From Bacteroidales bacterium (GTDB lineage Bacteria > Bacteroidota > Bacteroidia > Bacteroidales > JAFGHD01), in assembly GCA_016939365.1 (NCBI GenBank), contig JAFGHD010000002.1, forward strand, positions 4,208 to 68,207: a stretch of 64,000 nt of DNA, given 5' to 3'. The position numbers were made by a program, and so were the translations under genes. The notes beneath the pieces are model-generated. The model was not told the origin of the DNA. It ran no database searches and saw nothing but the letters and a program-made list of their open reading frames with translations. Shown in pieces: positions 8,902 through 19,626 of the stretch (positions are counted from its first letter, which is position 1; each line of letters begins with the position of its first letter).

Positions 8902-11448
8902 TCAGCTCTTTTGCGCCGGTACTTGTTTTCCCTTGATTTTGACAGATAGTTCCTCACCTTCGCCGGGGTAGTCAACCTCAATGGAGTCGCCTGCTTTCAA
9001 TTTTGACTTGATGATCTCTTCGGCCAACGGATCCTCAATGTATTTTTGAATGGCTCTTTTCAGGGGGCGGGCTCCGAACTGTTCATCCCATCCCTTTTCA
9101 ACAATGAAATCCTTCGCACCGGATGAAACGTGCATAGTGTAACCCAGGCTTTGTATCCGAAGGAAAAGATAGTTGAGTTCGATATCGATGATTTTGTGAA
9201 TATCGTCTCTTTCAAGTGACTCAAAGATGACTACGTCGTCAATTCTGTTGAGGAACTCGGGAGCAAAAGCCTTTTTCAGTGCATTTTCGATCACACCGCG
9301 GGCGAAGGTATCCCGCGCAGATTTTCGTGAATTGGTATTGAATCCGACACCCTGGCCGAAGTCCTTAAGCTGTCTGGATCCGATGTTGGATGTCATGATG
9401 ATAATGGCGTTCTTGAAATCGATTTTCCGGCCGAGGCTGTCAGTAAGAACACCATCGTCAAGCATTTGCAGCAACAGGTGGAACACATCGGGATGTGCTT
9501 TTTCAATTTCGTCAAGCAATACAATAGCGTAGGGTTTTCTTCTGACCTTTTCGGTGAGTTGCCCTCCTTCCTCATATCCGACATAGCCCGGTGGTGCTCC
9601 GACGAGACGGGATACGGCAAATTTTTCCATATATTCGGACATGTCGATGCGGATCAGTGCGTCTTCACTGTCGAAGAGGTAACGGGCAAGCACTTTGGCC
9701 AGGTGGGTTTTTCCCACGCCGGTGGGTCCAAGAAAGATAAAGCTTCCGATCGGTTTGCCAGGATCTTTGAGTCCGGCACGGTTGCGACGAATGGCTTTGA
9801 CTACTTTGCGGATAGCCTCTTCCTGTCCGATGACCGCACCTTCCAGCTCATGCTCCATATTGGCGAGCCTGTCTCCCTCAGTTTGTGCGATCCGCTGCAC
9901 CGGAACACCGGTCATCATCGCAACCACTTCGGCTACATGTTCCTCTTCCACCGTTTCCCGGTTGAGCTTTGATTCGGCTTCCCATTTCCGCTTGGCCCGG
10001 TCCAGGTCATCCTGAAGTTTCCTTTCTATGTCACGGAACTTGGCTGCCTCCTCAAATTTCTGGTTGTTAATGGCCTGGGTCTTCTTCGATTTGATCTCTT
10101 CGATCCTGTTCTCAATGTCGATGATTTCAACGGGCACGTGGATATTGGTGATGTGAACACGCGATCCTGCCTCATCCAGGGCATCAATTGCCTTGTCGGG
10201 AAGGTACCTGTCGGAGAGGTAGCGGTGGGTCAGTGCAACACAGGCATGAAGGGCTTCGTCAGTGTATTTCACGAGGTGATGGTCCTCGTATTTCTCCTTG
10301 ATATTCTTCAGGATGTCGAGGGTTTCCTCCGGAGTGGTTGGGTCGACCAATACTTTCTGAAAACGCCTTTCCAGTGCACCGTCTTTTTCAATGTATTGCC
10401 TGTATTCATCCAGTGTCGTGGCGCCAATACATTGTATTTCACCCCTGGCAAGGGCAGGCTTGAACATGTTTGAAGCGTCAAGTGAACCGGATGCATTACC
10501 TGCGCCTACGATGGTATGTATCTCATCGATAAACAAAATTACATCCTGGTTTTTCTCAAGCTCATTAAGGACGGCTTTCATCCTTTCTTCAAACTGCCCG
10601 CGGTATTTGGTTCCCGCCACCAGCGAAGCAAGGTCGAGCGTGATGATGCGTTTGTTAAACAATGCCCTTGAAACCTTCCGCTGTATGATCCGAAGGGCAA
10701 GTCCTTCAGCTATGGCAGATTTTCCGACACCAGGCTCACCGATCAGGATGGGATTATTCTTTTTCCTCCTGCTGAGGATCTGGGCGATCCTTTCCAGTTC
10801 CTTCTCCCTACCCACAATGGGATCCAGACGGTCTTCCTCCGCAGCTTTGGTCAGATCCCTTCCGAAATTGTCGAGAACCGGTGTTTTTGATTTGGAGTCG
10901 CTTATTTTTTTGATGCTTCCGCCGAAATCCTTGGAACCTTCATCCATGTCATCGTCGGCAGTACCTCCGGGCAGTTCATCACGCGTTGCCTGGCTCCTGT
11001 CCTGATCATGGCTGGCAATGATCGCTTTCAGTTCTTCACGGACAGCCTGGTAGTCAATTCCCTGCTTGTTCAGGGTTTTAGTTACCACATTATCCTCATC
11101 CTTGAGTATTGCCAGCAGAAGATGTTCTGTGCCAATGACTTCACTCGAAAAAAGCTTGGCCTCCAGGTAGGTGATCTTCAGGGCCCTTTCAGCCTGCTTG
11201 ATCAGGGGCAGATTGTCAGGTGTCTTTTCATACCTGCTTTCTCCGGAAACTGCCCTTTCAATGGTTCTGCGAATGCTGGTCAGGTCAGCTCCCAGGTAGA
11301 CCAGTATCTGAATTGCCATTCCTTCTCCTTCTCTGATTATTCCCAGCAACAGATGCTCCAGGCCGATGTAATCGTTTCCCAGCCTGACCGCCTCTTCGCG
11401 GCTGAAGGACAGTACATCTTTTACCCGTTGTGAGAATTTGGCCTCCAT
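8902..11448 (-). CDS. clpC: ATP-dependent Clp protease ATP-binding subunit ClpC
   Basis: Clp_N repeats at the N-terminus, two AAA+ Walker A sites (GEPGVGKSAI, GPTGVGKTHLAK), and a UVR-like linker (FEEAAKFRDIERKL) characteristic of ClpC rather than ClpB. Confidence 0.93.
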   Translation of the reverse strand: MEAKFSQRVKDVLSFSREEAVRLGNDYIGLEHLLLGIIREGEGMAIQILVYLGADLTSIRRTIERAVSGESRYEKTPDNLPLIKQAERALKITYLEAKLFSSEVIGTEHLLLAILKDEDNVVTKTLNKQGIDYQAVREELKAIIASHDQDRSQATRDELPGGTADDDMDEGSKDFGGSIKKISDSKSKTPVLDNFGRDLTKAAEEDRLDPIVGREKELERIAQILSRRKKNNPILIGEPGVGKSAIAEGLALRIIQRKVSRALFNKRIITLDLASLVAGTKYRGQFEERMKAVLNELEKNQDVILFIDEIHTIVGAGNASGSLDASNMFKPALARGEIQCIGATTLDEYRQYIEKDGALERRFQKVLVDPTTPEETLDILKNIKEKYEDHHLVKYTDEALHACVALTHRYLSDRYLPDKAIDALDEAGSRVHITNIHVPVEIIDIENRIEEIKSKKTQAINNQKFEEAAKFRDIERKLQDDLDRAKRKWEAESKLNRETVEEEHVAEVVAMMTGVPVQRIAQTEGDRLANMEHELEGAVIGQEEAIRKVVKAIRRNRAGLKDPGKPIGSFIFLGPTGVGKTHLAKVLARYLFDSEDALIRIDMSEYMEKFAVSRLVGAPPGYVGYEEGGQLTEKVRRKPYAIVLLDEIEKAHPDVFHLLLQMLDDGVLTDSLGRKIDFKNAIIIMTSNIGSRQLKDFGQGVGFNTNSRKSARDTFARGVIENALKKAFAPEFLNRIDDVVIFESLERDDIHKIIDIELNYLFLRIQSLGYTMHVSSGAKDFIVEKGWDEQFGARPLKRAIQKYIEDPLAEEIIKSKLKAGDSIEVDYPGEGEELSVKIKGKQVPAQKS

Positions 11449-11702
11449 ATGAATCCTGTTTCAGGTATTAAACGGTGTTTCCAAACAGCTTATTACTTCT
11501 CTCTGTTGTTGTATAACAAGTTATAGTCAGTTTTGTTTGCCATCTCATGAAGCCTCAGCCAGAGCCGCCGGAAATACAACCCGCTTCAGGATCAAAACTA
11601 TTTACAAAATTACAGATTATCAGGCAAACCGGTACTTTTTATCAACAGGATTTTGTTGGTAATAACAGTACTAATGGGAATGGGATAACGTTATGAAAGT
11701 GC

Positions 11703-11710
11703 TAAATTTG
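11703..11710 (+). promoter_or_regulatory. candidate -7 promoter element (TAAATTTG) for gyrA
   Basis: TAnnTTTG match 33 nt upstream of the ATG at 11743. Confidence 0.35.
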
Positions 11711-11742
11711 CTTAGTAAATAACTAAGTGTAACATATTGATT

Positions 11743-14268
11743 ATGAATGATTCAACTGACATTGCAGCCGACGGGGGGCGCATTCTGAGGGTGGATATAG
11801 AAACACAGATGAAAACAGCCTATATCGATTACTCCATGTCGGTAATCGTGTCCAGGGCGCTTCCTGATGTGAGGGATGGCCTGAAGCCGGTACATCGCAG
11901 AGTGCTGTATGGAATGCTGGAACTGGGTCTGATGTCGAACAGACCCTATAAAAAATCTGCCAGAATTGTTGGGGAAGTACTTGGGAAATACCATCCCCAT
12001 GGCGACACTTCTGTGTACGATGCCATGGTCAGGATGGCACAGACCTGGTCATTGAGATACCCGTTGGTTGACGGACAGGGAAATTTCGGGTCCATAGATG
12101 GTGACAGCCCGGCGGCCATGCGCTATACCGAGGCAAGGCTGCACAGGATCGCTGAAGAGATGCTTGCAGACATCAATAAGAACACTGTTGATTTCCAGCT
12201 GAACTTCGACGATTCCCTTGAGGAGCCCACCGTCCTTCCCAGCCGGATCCCCAACCTGATCGTAAACGGAGGCTCTGGCATTGCAGTAGGAATGGCTACC
12301 AACATGCCTCCGCATAACCTCTCGGAGGTTGTGGATGGCATCATCGCCTTCATTGAAAATCCTGAAATACCCATTTCCGGTCTGGTGAAACATATCAAGG
12401 GACCTGATTTTCCTACCGGAGGATTAATATATGGTCATGATGGTGTCAGAGAAGCATTTGAAACCGGCAGGGGAAGGATTGTGCTCAGGGGTGAGGCCAA
12501 AATTGAGGAAGAACCTGGAGACCGCCAGCGAATTATCGTAACATCAATTCCCTACCAGGTCAATAAGGCGGAAATGATAAAAAAGACCGCCGAACTGATC
12601 AATGAAAAAAAAATAGATGGTATTACCGATATCCGCGATGAGTCCGACCGAACAGGTATCCGTATCGTTTATGAACTGAGAAGGGATGTGATCCCTACAG
12701 TAATCCTGAACAAGCTGTATCAGCAGACCCCGTTGCAAACCGCCTTTAATGTGAACAACATTGCCCTGGTGAACGGGAGGCCCCAGCTGCTCAACCTTAA
12801 AGACCTCGTGAGACACTATGTGGATCACCGACACGAAGTGCTCGTCCGTAAAACGGAATATGAGCTGAATGAGGCGGAAAAGAAGGCCCATATACTGGAG
12901 GGTCTTCTTAAGGCTATTGACTTCCTGGATGAAGTCATCTCACTGATCCGTTCATCCCAGACACCTGAAGAGGCCAAGATCGGCCTGATGGAGCGTTTTG
13001 AACTCTCTGATATTCAGGCTAAAGCGATTCTGGACATGAGACTGCAGCGCCTGACCGGCCTGGAAAGGGAAAAACTCAGGACCGAATACCAGGAACTGCT
13101 GAAGCAGATTGATTACTTCAGGGATGTGCTATCAAGCGAATCGCTCAGAATGGAAATCCTGAAGGACGAAATGCGCGAGATCAAGGAGAAATACGGTGAT
13201 GAGCCCAAAACGGATATCATCTATACAGCCAAGGATTTTTCAATTGAGGATACCATCGCAGATGAAGATGTAGTGATCACCATTTCACATTTGGGATATA
13301 TTAAAAGAACTCCCCTTTCTGACTACCGGCGTCAGGGAAGGGGAGGCACTGGTGCACGCGGCAGCGATATCAGGGATGAAGACTTCGTGGAATATCTCTA
13401 TGTGGCCTCTAATCACAATTATCTGCTCTTTTTCACCCAAAACGGGAAGTGTTACTGGCTGAAAGTTTATGAAATACCTGAGGGGATAAAAACATCAAAG
13501 GGTAGAGCCATACAGAACCTGATCCAGATTGAACCGGGTGACAAGGTACGTGCCTTTATTAAGGTCAAAAACCTTTCTGAGAAGGAGTATGTGGAAAGCA
13601 ATTTCATCATCCTGTGTACCCGAAAAGGAATTATTAAGAAAACCTCATTGGCAGCATACAGTCGGCCCAGGCAATCGGGCATAAACGCCATATCGATCCG
13701 GGAGGATGACCTGCTGCTGGAAGCCTCTCTGACGGATGGTCAGAATGAAATCGTAATGGCTCTGAGGTCAGGAAGGGCGATACGATTCAATGAACGTACC
13801 GTGCGGCCTATGGGGAGAAATGCAACGGGAGTAAGGGGAATTACGCTCGCAAGCCCCAAAGATGAGGTCATTGGAATGATTTGCCTCTCCAACGGTTACC
13901 AGGATGTCCTTGTTGTTTCGGAAAATGGTTTCGGTAAAAGGTCCAAGCTGGATGACTACCGCATTACCAATCGCGGTGGAAAGGGTGTGAAAACAATCCA
14001 GATCACTGCCCGGACAGGAGAGTTGATCGCAATTAAAGCTGTCAGCGACAAGGATGATCTGATCATTATCACCCGCCTGGGAATCCTGATCCGTCAACCG
14101 GTGGCACCGATCCGGGTTATGGGCCGTGCTACCCAAGGTGTCCGCCTGATCAACCTCCGTGAAGGTGACGCCATTGCATCGGTAACCAATGTTGAAATGG
14201 AAGAGGAAACCGGCGCGATGATGGAGGCTGGAACGCAACCGGATGACGAAAACTCAGCTAAAAGCTGA
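11743..14268 (+). CDS. gyrA: DNA gyrase subunit A
   Basis: The ORF track starts at a TTG (11737); an ATG follows two codons later. Motifs: YHPHGD, the active-site Tyr block [17 protein letters not shown], and C-terminal beta-pinwheel repeats. Confidence 0.97.
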   Translation: MNDSTDIAADGGRILRVDIETQMKTAYIDYSMSVIVSRALPDVRDGLKPVHRRVLYGMLELGLMSNRPYKKSARIVGEVLGKYHPHGDTSVYDAMVRMAQTWSLRYPLVDGQGNFGSIDGDSPAAMRYTEARLHRIAEEMLADINKNTVDFQLNFDDSLEEPTVLPSRIPNLIVNGGSGIAVGMATNMPPHNLSEVVDGIIAFIENPEIPISGLVKHIKGPDFPTGGLIYGHDGVREAFETGRGRIVLRGEAKIEEEPGDRQRIIVTSIPYQVNKAEMIKKTAELINEKKIDGITDIRDESDRTGIRIVYELRRDVIPTVILNKLYQQTPLQTAFNVNNIALVNGRPQLLNLKDLVRHYVDHRHEVLVRKTEYELNEAEKKAHILEGLLKAIDFLDEVISLIRSSQTPEEAKIGLMERFELSDIQAKAILDMRLQRLTGLEREKLRTEYQELLKQIDYFRDVLSSESLRMEILKDEMREIKEKYGDEPKTDIIYTAKDFSIEDTIADEDVVITISHLGYIKRTPLSDYRRQGRGGTGARGSDIRDEDFVEYLYVASNHNYLLFFTQNGKCYWLKVYEIPEGIKTSKGRAIQNLIQIEPGDKVRAFIKVKNLSEKEYVESNFIILCTRKGIIKKTSLAAYSRPRQSGINAISIREDDLLLEASLTDGQNEIVMALRSGRAIRFNERTVRPMGRNATGVRGITLASPKDEVIGMICLSNGYQDVLVVSENGFGKRSKLDDYRITNRGGKGVKTIQITARTGELIAIKAVSDKDDLIIITRLGILIRQPVAPIRVMGRATQGVRLINLREGDAIASVTNVEMEEETGAMMEAGTQPDDENSAKS

Positions 14269-14366
14269 CAGATGTGACCCAGATCATATTTTGCCGGTGC
14301 AATATTTCTCCAATACAGAATGATTATAAATTGGCAGGATATTTGAGCAATAACGCTGGTAATATC

Positions 14367-14374
14367 TATATTTG
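14367..14374 (+). promoter_or_regulatory. candidate -7 promoter element (TATATTTG) with upstream TTTG
   Basis: TAnnTTTG lies 30 nt upstream of the ATG at 14404. A TTTG at 14342-14345 lies 21 nt upstream of the TA, as expected for a -33 element. Confidence 0.4.
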
Positions 14375-14403
14375 CAGCATAAAATCATGAAAGGAAATCA
14401 TCC

Positions 14404-15630
14404 ATGAAACGGATTCAGACAATGCTGATCATGATCCTGATCAGCCAGGCCATGATGGCACAAAACAACAATGTGGTAAGCGCATATAATTACCACCGCA
14501 ACGGAAAGCTGGACAAGGCCAAGGAATACATCGACATGGCTGCCGTACATGAAAAAACCGCTACTGACCCTAAAATGTGGTTCTACAGGGGAAACATTTA
14601 CATGGACATCTACAGAAGCAATGACGAAACCATTAAGGCACTGGATGACCAGGCGTTGGAAAAGGCATATGAATCCTATGCCAATTGCAGAAAATTTGAC
14701 AGCAAAAACACATATACAACAGACGTGATTCCCAGATTGCTGCTTTGCGGAGAAGAGTATTTCAACAGGGGGGCGAATCATTTCAACAAAGGCCTGGAAT
14801 ATACCAACATGAATTCAGAGACCATGGCCAGAGATGAATTCGAAAAGGCAATGGAATGGTTTCAAAATACTTATCAGGTGTATGAATCAGTCGGAAATAC
14901 AGATACTCTTTCAGTTTATTATCTGGCCTTGAGTGCTGAGCAAGCCGGAAAGTACAACATAGCTAAAGAAAACCTGGACAAACTCATCAACGAGTTCAAA
15001 TATAAAAATGTTTCTGTATATCATGCATTGTACAACATTCAACTGAGCCAGGACAAGGATACGGTTGCTGCGCTGAATACGGCCATTGATGGCAGAAAAC
15101 TGTTCCCAGATAACCTCAGCCTGATTATCGACGAGACCAACATTTACCTAACCACCGGTGATACGGACAAGGCTCTTGAAAACCTGAGGCTCGCCCAGGA
15201 AATGGATACCACAAATGCCACCATATATTTCGCCGTCGGATCCATTATTGACAAGGAACTTGTCGGAGATACCACAAAAAGTGAAGCAATACGTGAAGAT
15301 GCATTTCAAAAGGCAACCGCAGCCTATGAAAAAGCAATTGCTGTCGATCCTGATTATTTCGACCCGATCTATAACCTGGGAGCCATTTATGTGAACAAGG
15401 CGTCAGCCATACTTGATATGGCCAACAGACTGCCACTGGATGCCGAAGAGGAGTACAACGCTGCCAAGGCAGAAGCGGATGAATTCCTTACACTTGCTTT
15501 GCCATACCTTGAAAGGGCACACGAGATAAATCAGGAGGATATGAGCACCATGGTGGCGCTGAAGGAAATCTATACCCGCCTGAATATGCTTGAAAAGCTC
15601 GGGGAGATCAATGCGAAGCTGAACAAATAA
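14404..15630 (+). CDS. tetratricopeptide-repeat protein (secreted)
   Basis: Signal peptide (MKRIQTMLIMILISQAMMAQ). Repeated TPR-like A/Y/L spacing throughout (for example AIAVDPDYFDPIYNLGAIYV). Confidence 0.85.
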   Translation: MKRIQTMLIMILISQAMMAQNNNVVSAYNYHRNGKLDKAKEYIDMAAVHEKTATDPKMWFYRGNIYMDIYRSNDETIKALDDQALEKAYESYANCRKFDSKNTYTTDVIPRLLLCGEEYFNRGANHFNKGLEYTNMNSETMARDEFEKAMEWFQNTYQVYESVGNTDTLSVYYLALSAEQAGKYNIAKENLDKLINEFKYKNVSVYHALYNIQLSQDKDTVAALNTAIDGRKLFPDNLSLIIDETNIYLTTGDTDKALENLRLAQEMDTTNATIYFAVGSIIDKELVGDTTKSEAIREDAFQKATAAYEKAIAVDPDYFDPIYNLGAIYVNKASAILDMANRLPLDAEEEYNAAKAEADEFLTLALPYLERAHEINQEDMSTMVALKEIYTRLNMLEKLGEINAKLNK

Positions 15631-15640
15631 AATGGGAGGG

Positions 15641-15667
15641 GGGAGATACATGAAATCTCCTCTTTCT
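15641..15667 (+). terminator. weak candidate intrinsic terminator after the TPR gene
   Basis: Stem gggagat (15641-15647) / atctcct (15655-15661, outer pair G-U), loop acatgaa, followed by a T-rich stretch tctttctt. Confidence 0.3.
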
Positions 15668-15855
15668 TGTGATTGTTATGCTTAACATAATATTAATTAT
15701 AGGACATTAATTTTTCTGGTAATTATGGCTCTCAAAGTATTCATATCCCGGCATGAAGTATGAATTCTGAATGCCAGTTTTTTTTATTTTTTGTTTCATT
15801 GTATTCAATTCTTATTTATTATTGCCATCGATTAAACATGTGCTTCAGTCTCTCT

Positions 15856-16155
15856 ATGGATAAGCTCAGAAAGGTCATCAACCTTGAAAACCTTCCGCCA
15901 GATGCGTGGGAAGCGATCCGGGAGCAGTATCCGGATGGATGGAAGGATTTCATCCGGAAAATTGTCAAACCCAACGGTGAATTTTTTCACGCGATCACCG
16001 TGGACACCCCTTCAGTGATTTACCTGGTCAAGGTACCCGTTAAGATCGACACCCGGGAAGATCTTGAAAAATTTTCTTCAGAGAAAGAATCTGAGGAGGA
16101 AAGCGTTGATGATCAACCCGAAGCAGATCATCAGGAACAGGGGGACGAAGAATAG
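15856..16155 (+). CDS. small hypothetical protein with strongly acidic tail
   Basis: The ORF track start (15760) adds an implausible hydrophobic leader. The internal ATG at 15856 gives MDKLRKVINLENLPPDAWEAIREQYPDGW..., ending in EKESEEESVDDQPEADHQEQGDEE. No family recognised. Confidence 0.5.
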   Translation: MDKLRKVINLENLPPDAWEAIREQYPDGWKDFIRKIVKPNGEFFHAITVDTPSVIYLVKVPVKIDTREDLEKFSSEKESEEESVDDQPEADHQEQGDEE

Positions 16156-16210
16156 CTTTCCCTTGTTTGGATGCTAAGGCAACCTGTTTTTTTCATTGTA
16201 CCTCAGTGTT

Positions 16211-16218
16211 TATTTTTG
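16211..16218 (+). promoter_or_regulatory. candidate -7 promoter element (TATTTTTG) for lon
   Basis: TAnnTTTG match 41 nt upstream of the ATG at 16259. Confidence 0.35.
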
Positions 16219-16258
16219 TATTTTACTACCCCTGCACGTTTCATAGCAGAGATAATAA

Positions 16259-18676
16259 ATGCCAAAGACTATGGCCGGAAAAAACAAAAAAAAGGAAGGA
16301 GAGAAACATACCCATCCTGTATTGATTTCAGAGATATTCCCGGATCATTTGGATATCCTGCCGCTTGCCAACCGTCCGCTTTTTCCGGGAATAGCAATTC
16401 CATTATCCTTCAGTGGTGCACCTTTTGTCGAGTTGATCAGACATTCCATTGACCATGGCAATGGCTTCCTTGGTGTTTCGCTGATCAGTGAAGCCAATGA
16501 GGAGGACTTCCTCATGTCTGAAGTGCATCCGGTCGGGACATTGATTAAAATCATCAAAGTCATACAGATAACTGAGGATTCGGTACATTTTTTTGCTCAG
16601 GCATTGCAACGGATCACTCTTGTCAGAAAGATGAAAGGACCCGGCCATCCGAGATGGGAAGTCAAATACCAGGAAGATTCCCGGGATAAACCTTCTGATG
16701 AGTTGAAGGCTTATGTGCTGGCCATCATGAGTTCAGTGAAGGAGCTGATCGGGATCAATCCGATGTTCCAGGAACAACTGAAGCTCTCACTCTCGAAGAT
16801 GGGTTTTGAGCATCCGGGTCTTCTCATGGATGTGATCTCCTCCATGCTTTCCGCATCCCCCGACAGGTTGCAGGAGCTGCTGGGCACATTTGATCTCTAT
16901 CGGAGGAGCGAACAGTTGCTTGTCCTTCTCAAGGAGGAAATCCAGTTGTCCCAGCTGCAGGAAAAAATTCAGAAACAGATCGATGAAAAGGTAAGCCAGC
17001 AGCAGAAGGAGTATTTTTTACGGGAGCAGCTTAAGTTGATCAAGAAAGAGCTGGGTATGGAGAAGGATGACAAGGCTGCAGAAATTGAGAAACTAGAGGA
17101 AAGGATCAGGAGCCTCAGGCTGACACCGGAGGCTGAGGGGGTCATCAGGGAAGAGATGGATAAACTCCGGTTGCTGGAACCGTCCTCATCCGAGTTCCAG
17201 GTTACCCGTACCTATTTGAGCGTTTTGACGGAGTTGCCCTGGGGTATTTATGACCATGGAATACTGGACATTGCGAAAGCACGGCAGATACTTGACCAGG
17301 ACCATTACGGCCTGGATGATGTGAAACAAAGGATTCTCGAATTCATCAGTACCATCATCAAACGCCGGAAGGTGTCGGGTTCCATCATCTGCCTGGTCGG
17401 TCCTCCGGGCGTGGGCAAGACTTCCATCGGCAGGTCCATCGCGGGGGCACTTGGCCGGAAGTTTTATCGCTTTTCTCTGGGAGGCATGCGGGACGAGGCT
17501 GAAATCAAAGGGCACAGGCGTACCTATGTCGGCGCTATGCCCGGAAAGATCATCCAGAGCCTCAAAAGAACCGGAACAGCCAATCCCGTCATTATGCTTG
17601 ACGAAATCGACAAGTTGGGTGCCAGTTATCAGGGTGATCCCGCATCGGCATTGCTGGAGGTGCTTGACCCGGAACAAAATACGGGTTTCCTGGACCATTA
17701 TCTTGATGTGCGTTTTGATCTGTCGAACGTTCTCTTCATCACGACCGCCAACCAGTTGGACACCATACCACAGCCTCTGCTTGACCGTATGGAAGTGATC
17801 AAACTTTCCGGATACATCCTTGAGGAAAAGGTTCAGATCGCCAAAAAGTATCTGATCCCAAAACAACGGACTGAACATGGTTTGTTGGCGTCTGAGGTTC
17901 ATATTACTGATCCTGCATTGCGAAGCATCGTTGATGGGTATGCCCGGGAAGCCGGTGTCAGGTCACTGGAAAACCAGATCAAAAAAATTATGCGTCATGT
18001 GACCATCCGGCAAGCTGAAGGGAAAACAGGCAAAACGAACGTCACCCTGCGCAATATCGAAGAATTCCTGGGCAAACCGATCTTTGTTACCGAAGAACTA
18101 TACCAGAACCAAATACCCGGAGTGGTGCTTGGTCTGGCCTGGACTCCTTTGGGTGGAGCCACACTTTATATTGAGGCCTCGGCCATCAAAACCTCTTTAA
18201 CGGGTCTCAAACAGACGGGCCAGCTTGGAAAGGTGATGCAGGAATCATCTGAAATCGCCTATTCCTATATCCGCTCCCTGATTTCACATGACCTCAAACT
18301 CCGGAACTTCTTCAATGATCATTTTATCCACATGCATGTACCTGCCGGAGCGACACCCAAAGACGGCCCCAGTGCAGGCATTACCATGGCTCTGGCCCTC
18401 TTTTCGCTGGCCACGAAGAAACCGGTTAGGAAAGGAATCGCGATGACAGGCGAGATCACCCTGACAGGAAAGGTGCTGCCCATCGGTGGGATTAGGGAAA
18501 AGACCATTGCAGCGCGCCGGGTGGGCATCATGGAGCTGATTCTTCCCGAAGATAACCGGAAGGACTTCGACAGTCTTCCTGCTCATATAACCAAAGGTAT
18601 CACAGCACATTTCGTTTCCTTTTTCGGGGATGTGATCCGGATCGTCTTTCCAGAAATCAAATTAGGCCAAGATTAA
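16259..18676 (+). CDS. lon: endopeptidase La (Lon protease)
   Basis: LON N-domain, AAA+ Walker A GPPGVGKTS, and a proteolytic domain with the catalytic Ser block PKDGPSAGITM. 805 aa. Confidence 0.97.
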   Translation: MPKTMAGKNKKKEGEKHTHPVLISEIFPDHLDILPLANRPLFPGIAIPLSFSGAPFVELIRHSIDHGNGFLGVSLISEANEEDFLMSEVHPVGTLIKIIKVIQITEDSVHFFAQALQRITLVRKMKGPGHPRWEVKYQEDSRDKPSDELKAYVLAIMSSVKELIGINPMFQEQLKLSLSKMGFEHPGLLMDVISSMLSASPDRLQELLGTFDLYRRSEQLLVLLKEEIQLSQLQEKIQKQIDEKVSQQQKEYFLREQLKLIKKELGMEKDDKAAEIEKLEERIRSLRLTPEAEGVIREEMDKLRLLEPSSSEFQVTRTYLSVLTELPWGIYDHGILDIAKARQILDQDHYGLDDVKQRILEFISTIIKRRKVSGSIICLVGPPGVGKTSIGRSIAGALGRKFYRFSLGGMRDEAEIKGHRRTYVGAMPGKIIQSLKRTGTANPVIMLDEIDKLGASYQGDPASALLEVLDPEQNTGFLDHYLDVRFDLSNVLFITTANQLDTIPQPLLDRMEVIKLSGYILEEKVQIAKKYLIPKQRTEHGLLASEVHITDPALRSIVDGYAREAGVRSLENQIKKIMRHVTIRQAEGKTGKTNVTLRNIEEFLGKPIFVTEELYQNQIPGVVLGLAWTPLGGATLYIEASAIKTSLTGLKQTGQLGKVMQESSEIAYSYIRSLISHDLKLRNFFNDHFIHMHVPAGATPKDGPSAGITMALALFSLATKKPVRKGIAMTGEITLTGKVLPIGGIREKTIAARRVGIMELILPEDNRKDFDSLPAHITKGITAHFVSFFGDVIRIVFPEIKLGQD

Positions 18677-18753
18677 TTGTCTGGGATGCAGGAATATGAA
18701 ATTCCCCGCTTCAAGTTTTTTATAGGTGATGGGTGTGTAATTGGAAGGATCAT

Positions 18754-19602
18754 TCAATCCACCGGCGGACAATCCTCGCAATCCAGGCTTCTGCTGTACA
18801 TACTCATTGCCCTGAGGCTCATCCCCATGCTTGAGAACCCTCCATCATGGAAAATATTCTGCATGGTGATCTTACGGGAGATATCTGAGAAAAGTACGAT
18901 GCAGAATCCAGCGCATTCATCGGCATCGGCATTTCCCAGCGGGGACATTCGCTCTGTAAAGTCCATCAGGTCCTGCATGCCTTTGACGCCGCTTCCGGCA
19001 GTTGTAAGTGTCGGTGATTGAGAAATGGTATTGATCCTGACCTTTTTCTCACGTCCATATATATAGCCAAAACTTCGGGTGATGGATTCCAGAAGGGCTT
19101 TGGCATCGGCCATATCGTTATAGCCGTAAAGAGTCCTTTGGGCGGCAATATAGGACAACGAGACGACCGAGCCACCCTCATGGATCGCATCGAGCTTGAA
19201 GGCGGTCTGCAAAATCTTGTGAAGTGAAATTGCAGATATATCAAGAGTTTTCGCGAAGAAATCATAATCCACATCACTGTATGCCCTCTTTTTTCTGACA
19301 TTCATTGACATACCGATGGAATGGAGAATAAAATCCACTTTCCCTCCCATTCGCTTCATGGCTTCCCGGAACAAATACTCCAGGTCTTTCACCTGTGTAC
19401 CGTCGGCAGGAATGATATCCGCATTACCGCATTTCATTGCGAGTTGATGGATATCTCCCATTCTGATGGCGGCAGGTGTATTGGTCAATACAAAACGTGC
19501 ACCCTCCTGATGCGCCATTTCAGCGACTTTCCAGGCAATGGATCTGTTATCAAGAGCTCCGAAAATAATGCCCTTTTTTCCGTTAAGCAGGTCATGTGCC
19601 AT
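18754..19602 (-). CDS. fabI: enoyl-[acyl-carrier-protein] reductase (NADH) FabI
   Basis: N-terminal GKKGIIFGALDNRSIAW dinucleotide-binding block and an SDR Tyr/Lys region (SYIAAQRTLYGYNDMADAKA). The start lies 24 nt downstream of the recN stop. Confidence 0.93.
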   Translation of the reverse strand: MAHDLLNGKKGIIFGALDNRSIAWKVAEMAHQEGARFVLTNTPAAIRMGDIHQLAMKCGNADIIPADGTQVKDLEYLFREAMKRMGGKVDFILHSIGMSMNVRKKRAYSDVDYDFFAKTLDISAISLHKILQTAFKLDAIHEGGSVVSLSYIAAQRTLYGYNDMADAKALLESITRSFGYIYGREKKVRINTISQSPTLTTAGSGVKGMQDLMDFTERMSPLGNADADECAGFCIVLFSDISRKITMQNIFHDGGFSSMGMSLRAMSMYSRSLDCEDCPPVD

Positions 19603-19626
19603 GATCAGTTTTTTGAACAGACTAAT

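Noticed and set aside
16171-16452. 93-aa plus-strand ORF overlapping the lon start region
   Set aside because: It is in a different frame from lon, is hydrophobic and low-complexity, and contains the predicted lon promoter motif. It is not credible as a gene.
17186-17902. 238-aa minus-strand ORF inside lon
   Set aside because: It lies opposite the unmistakable AAA+ core of Lon, and the translation has no motifs. I treat it as a shadow ORF.
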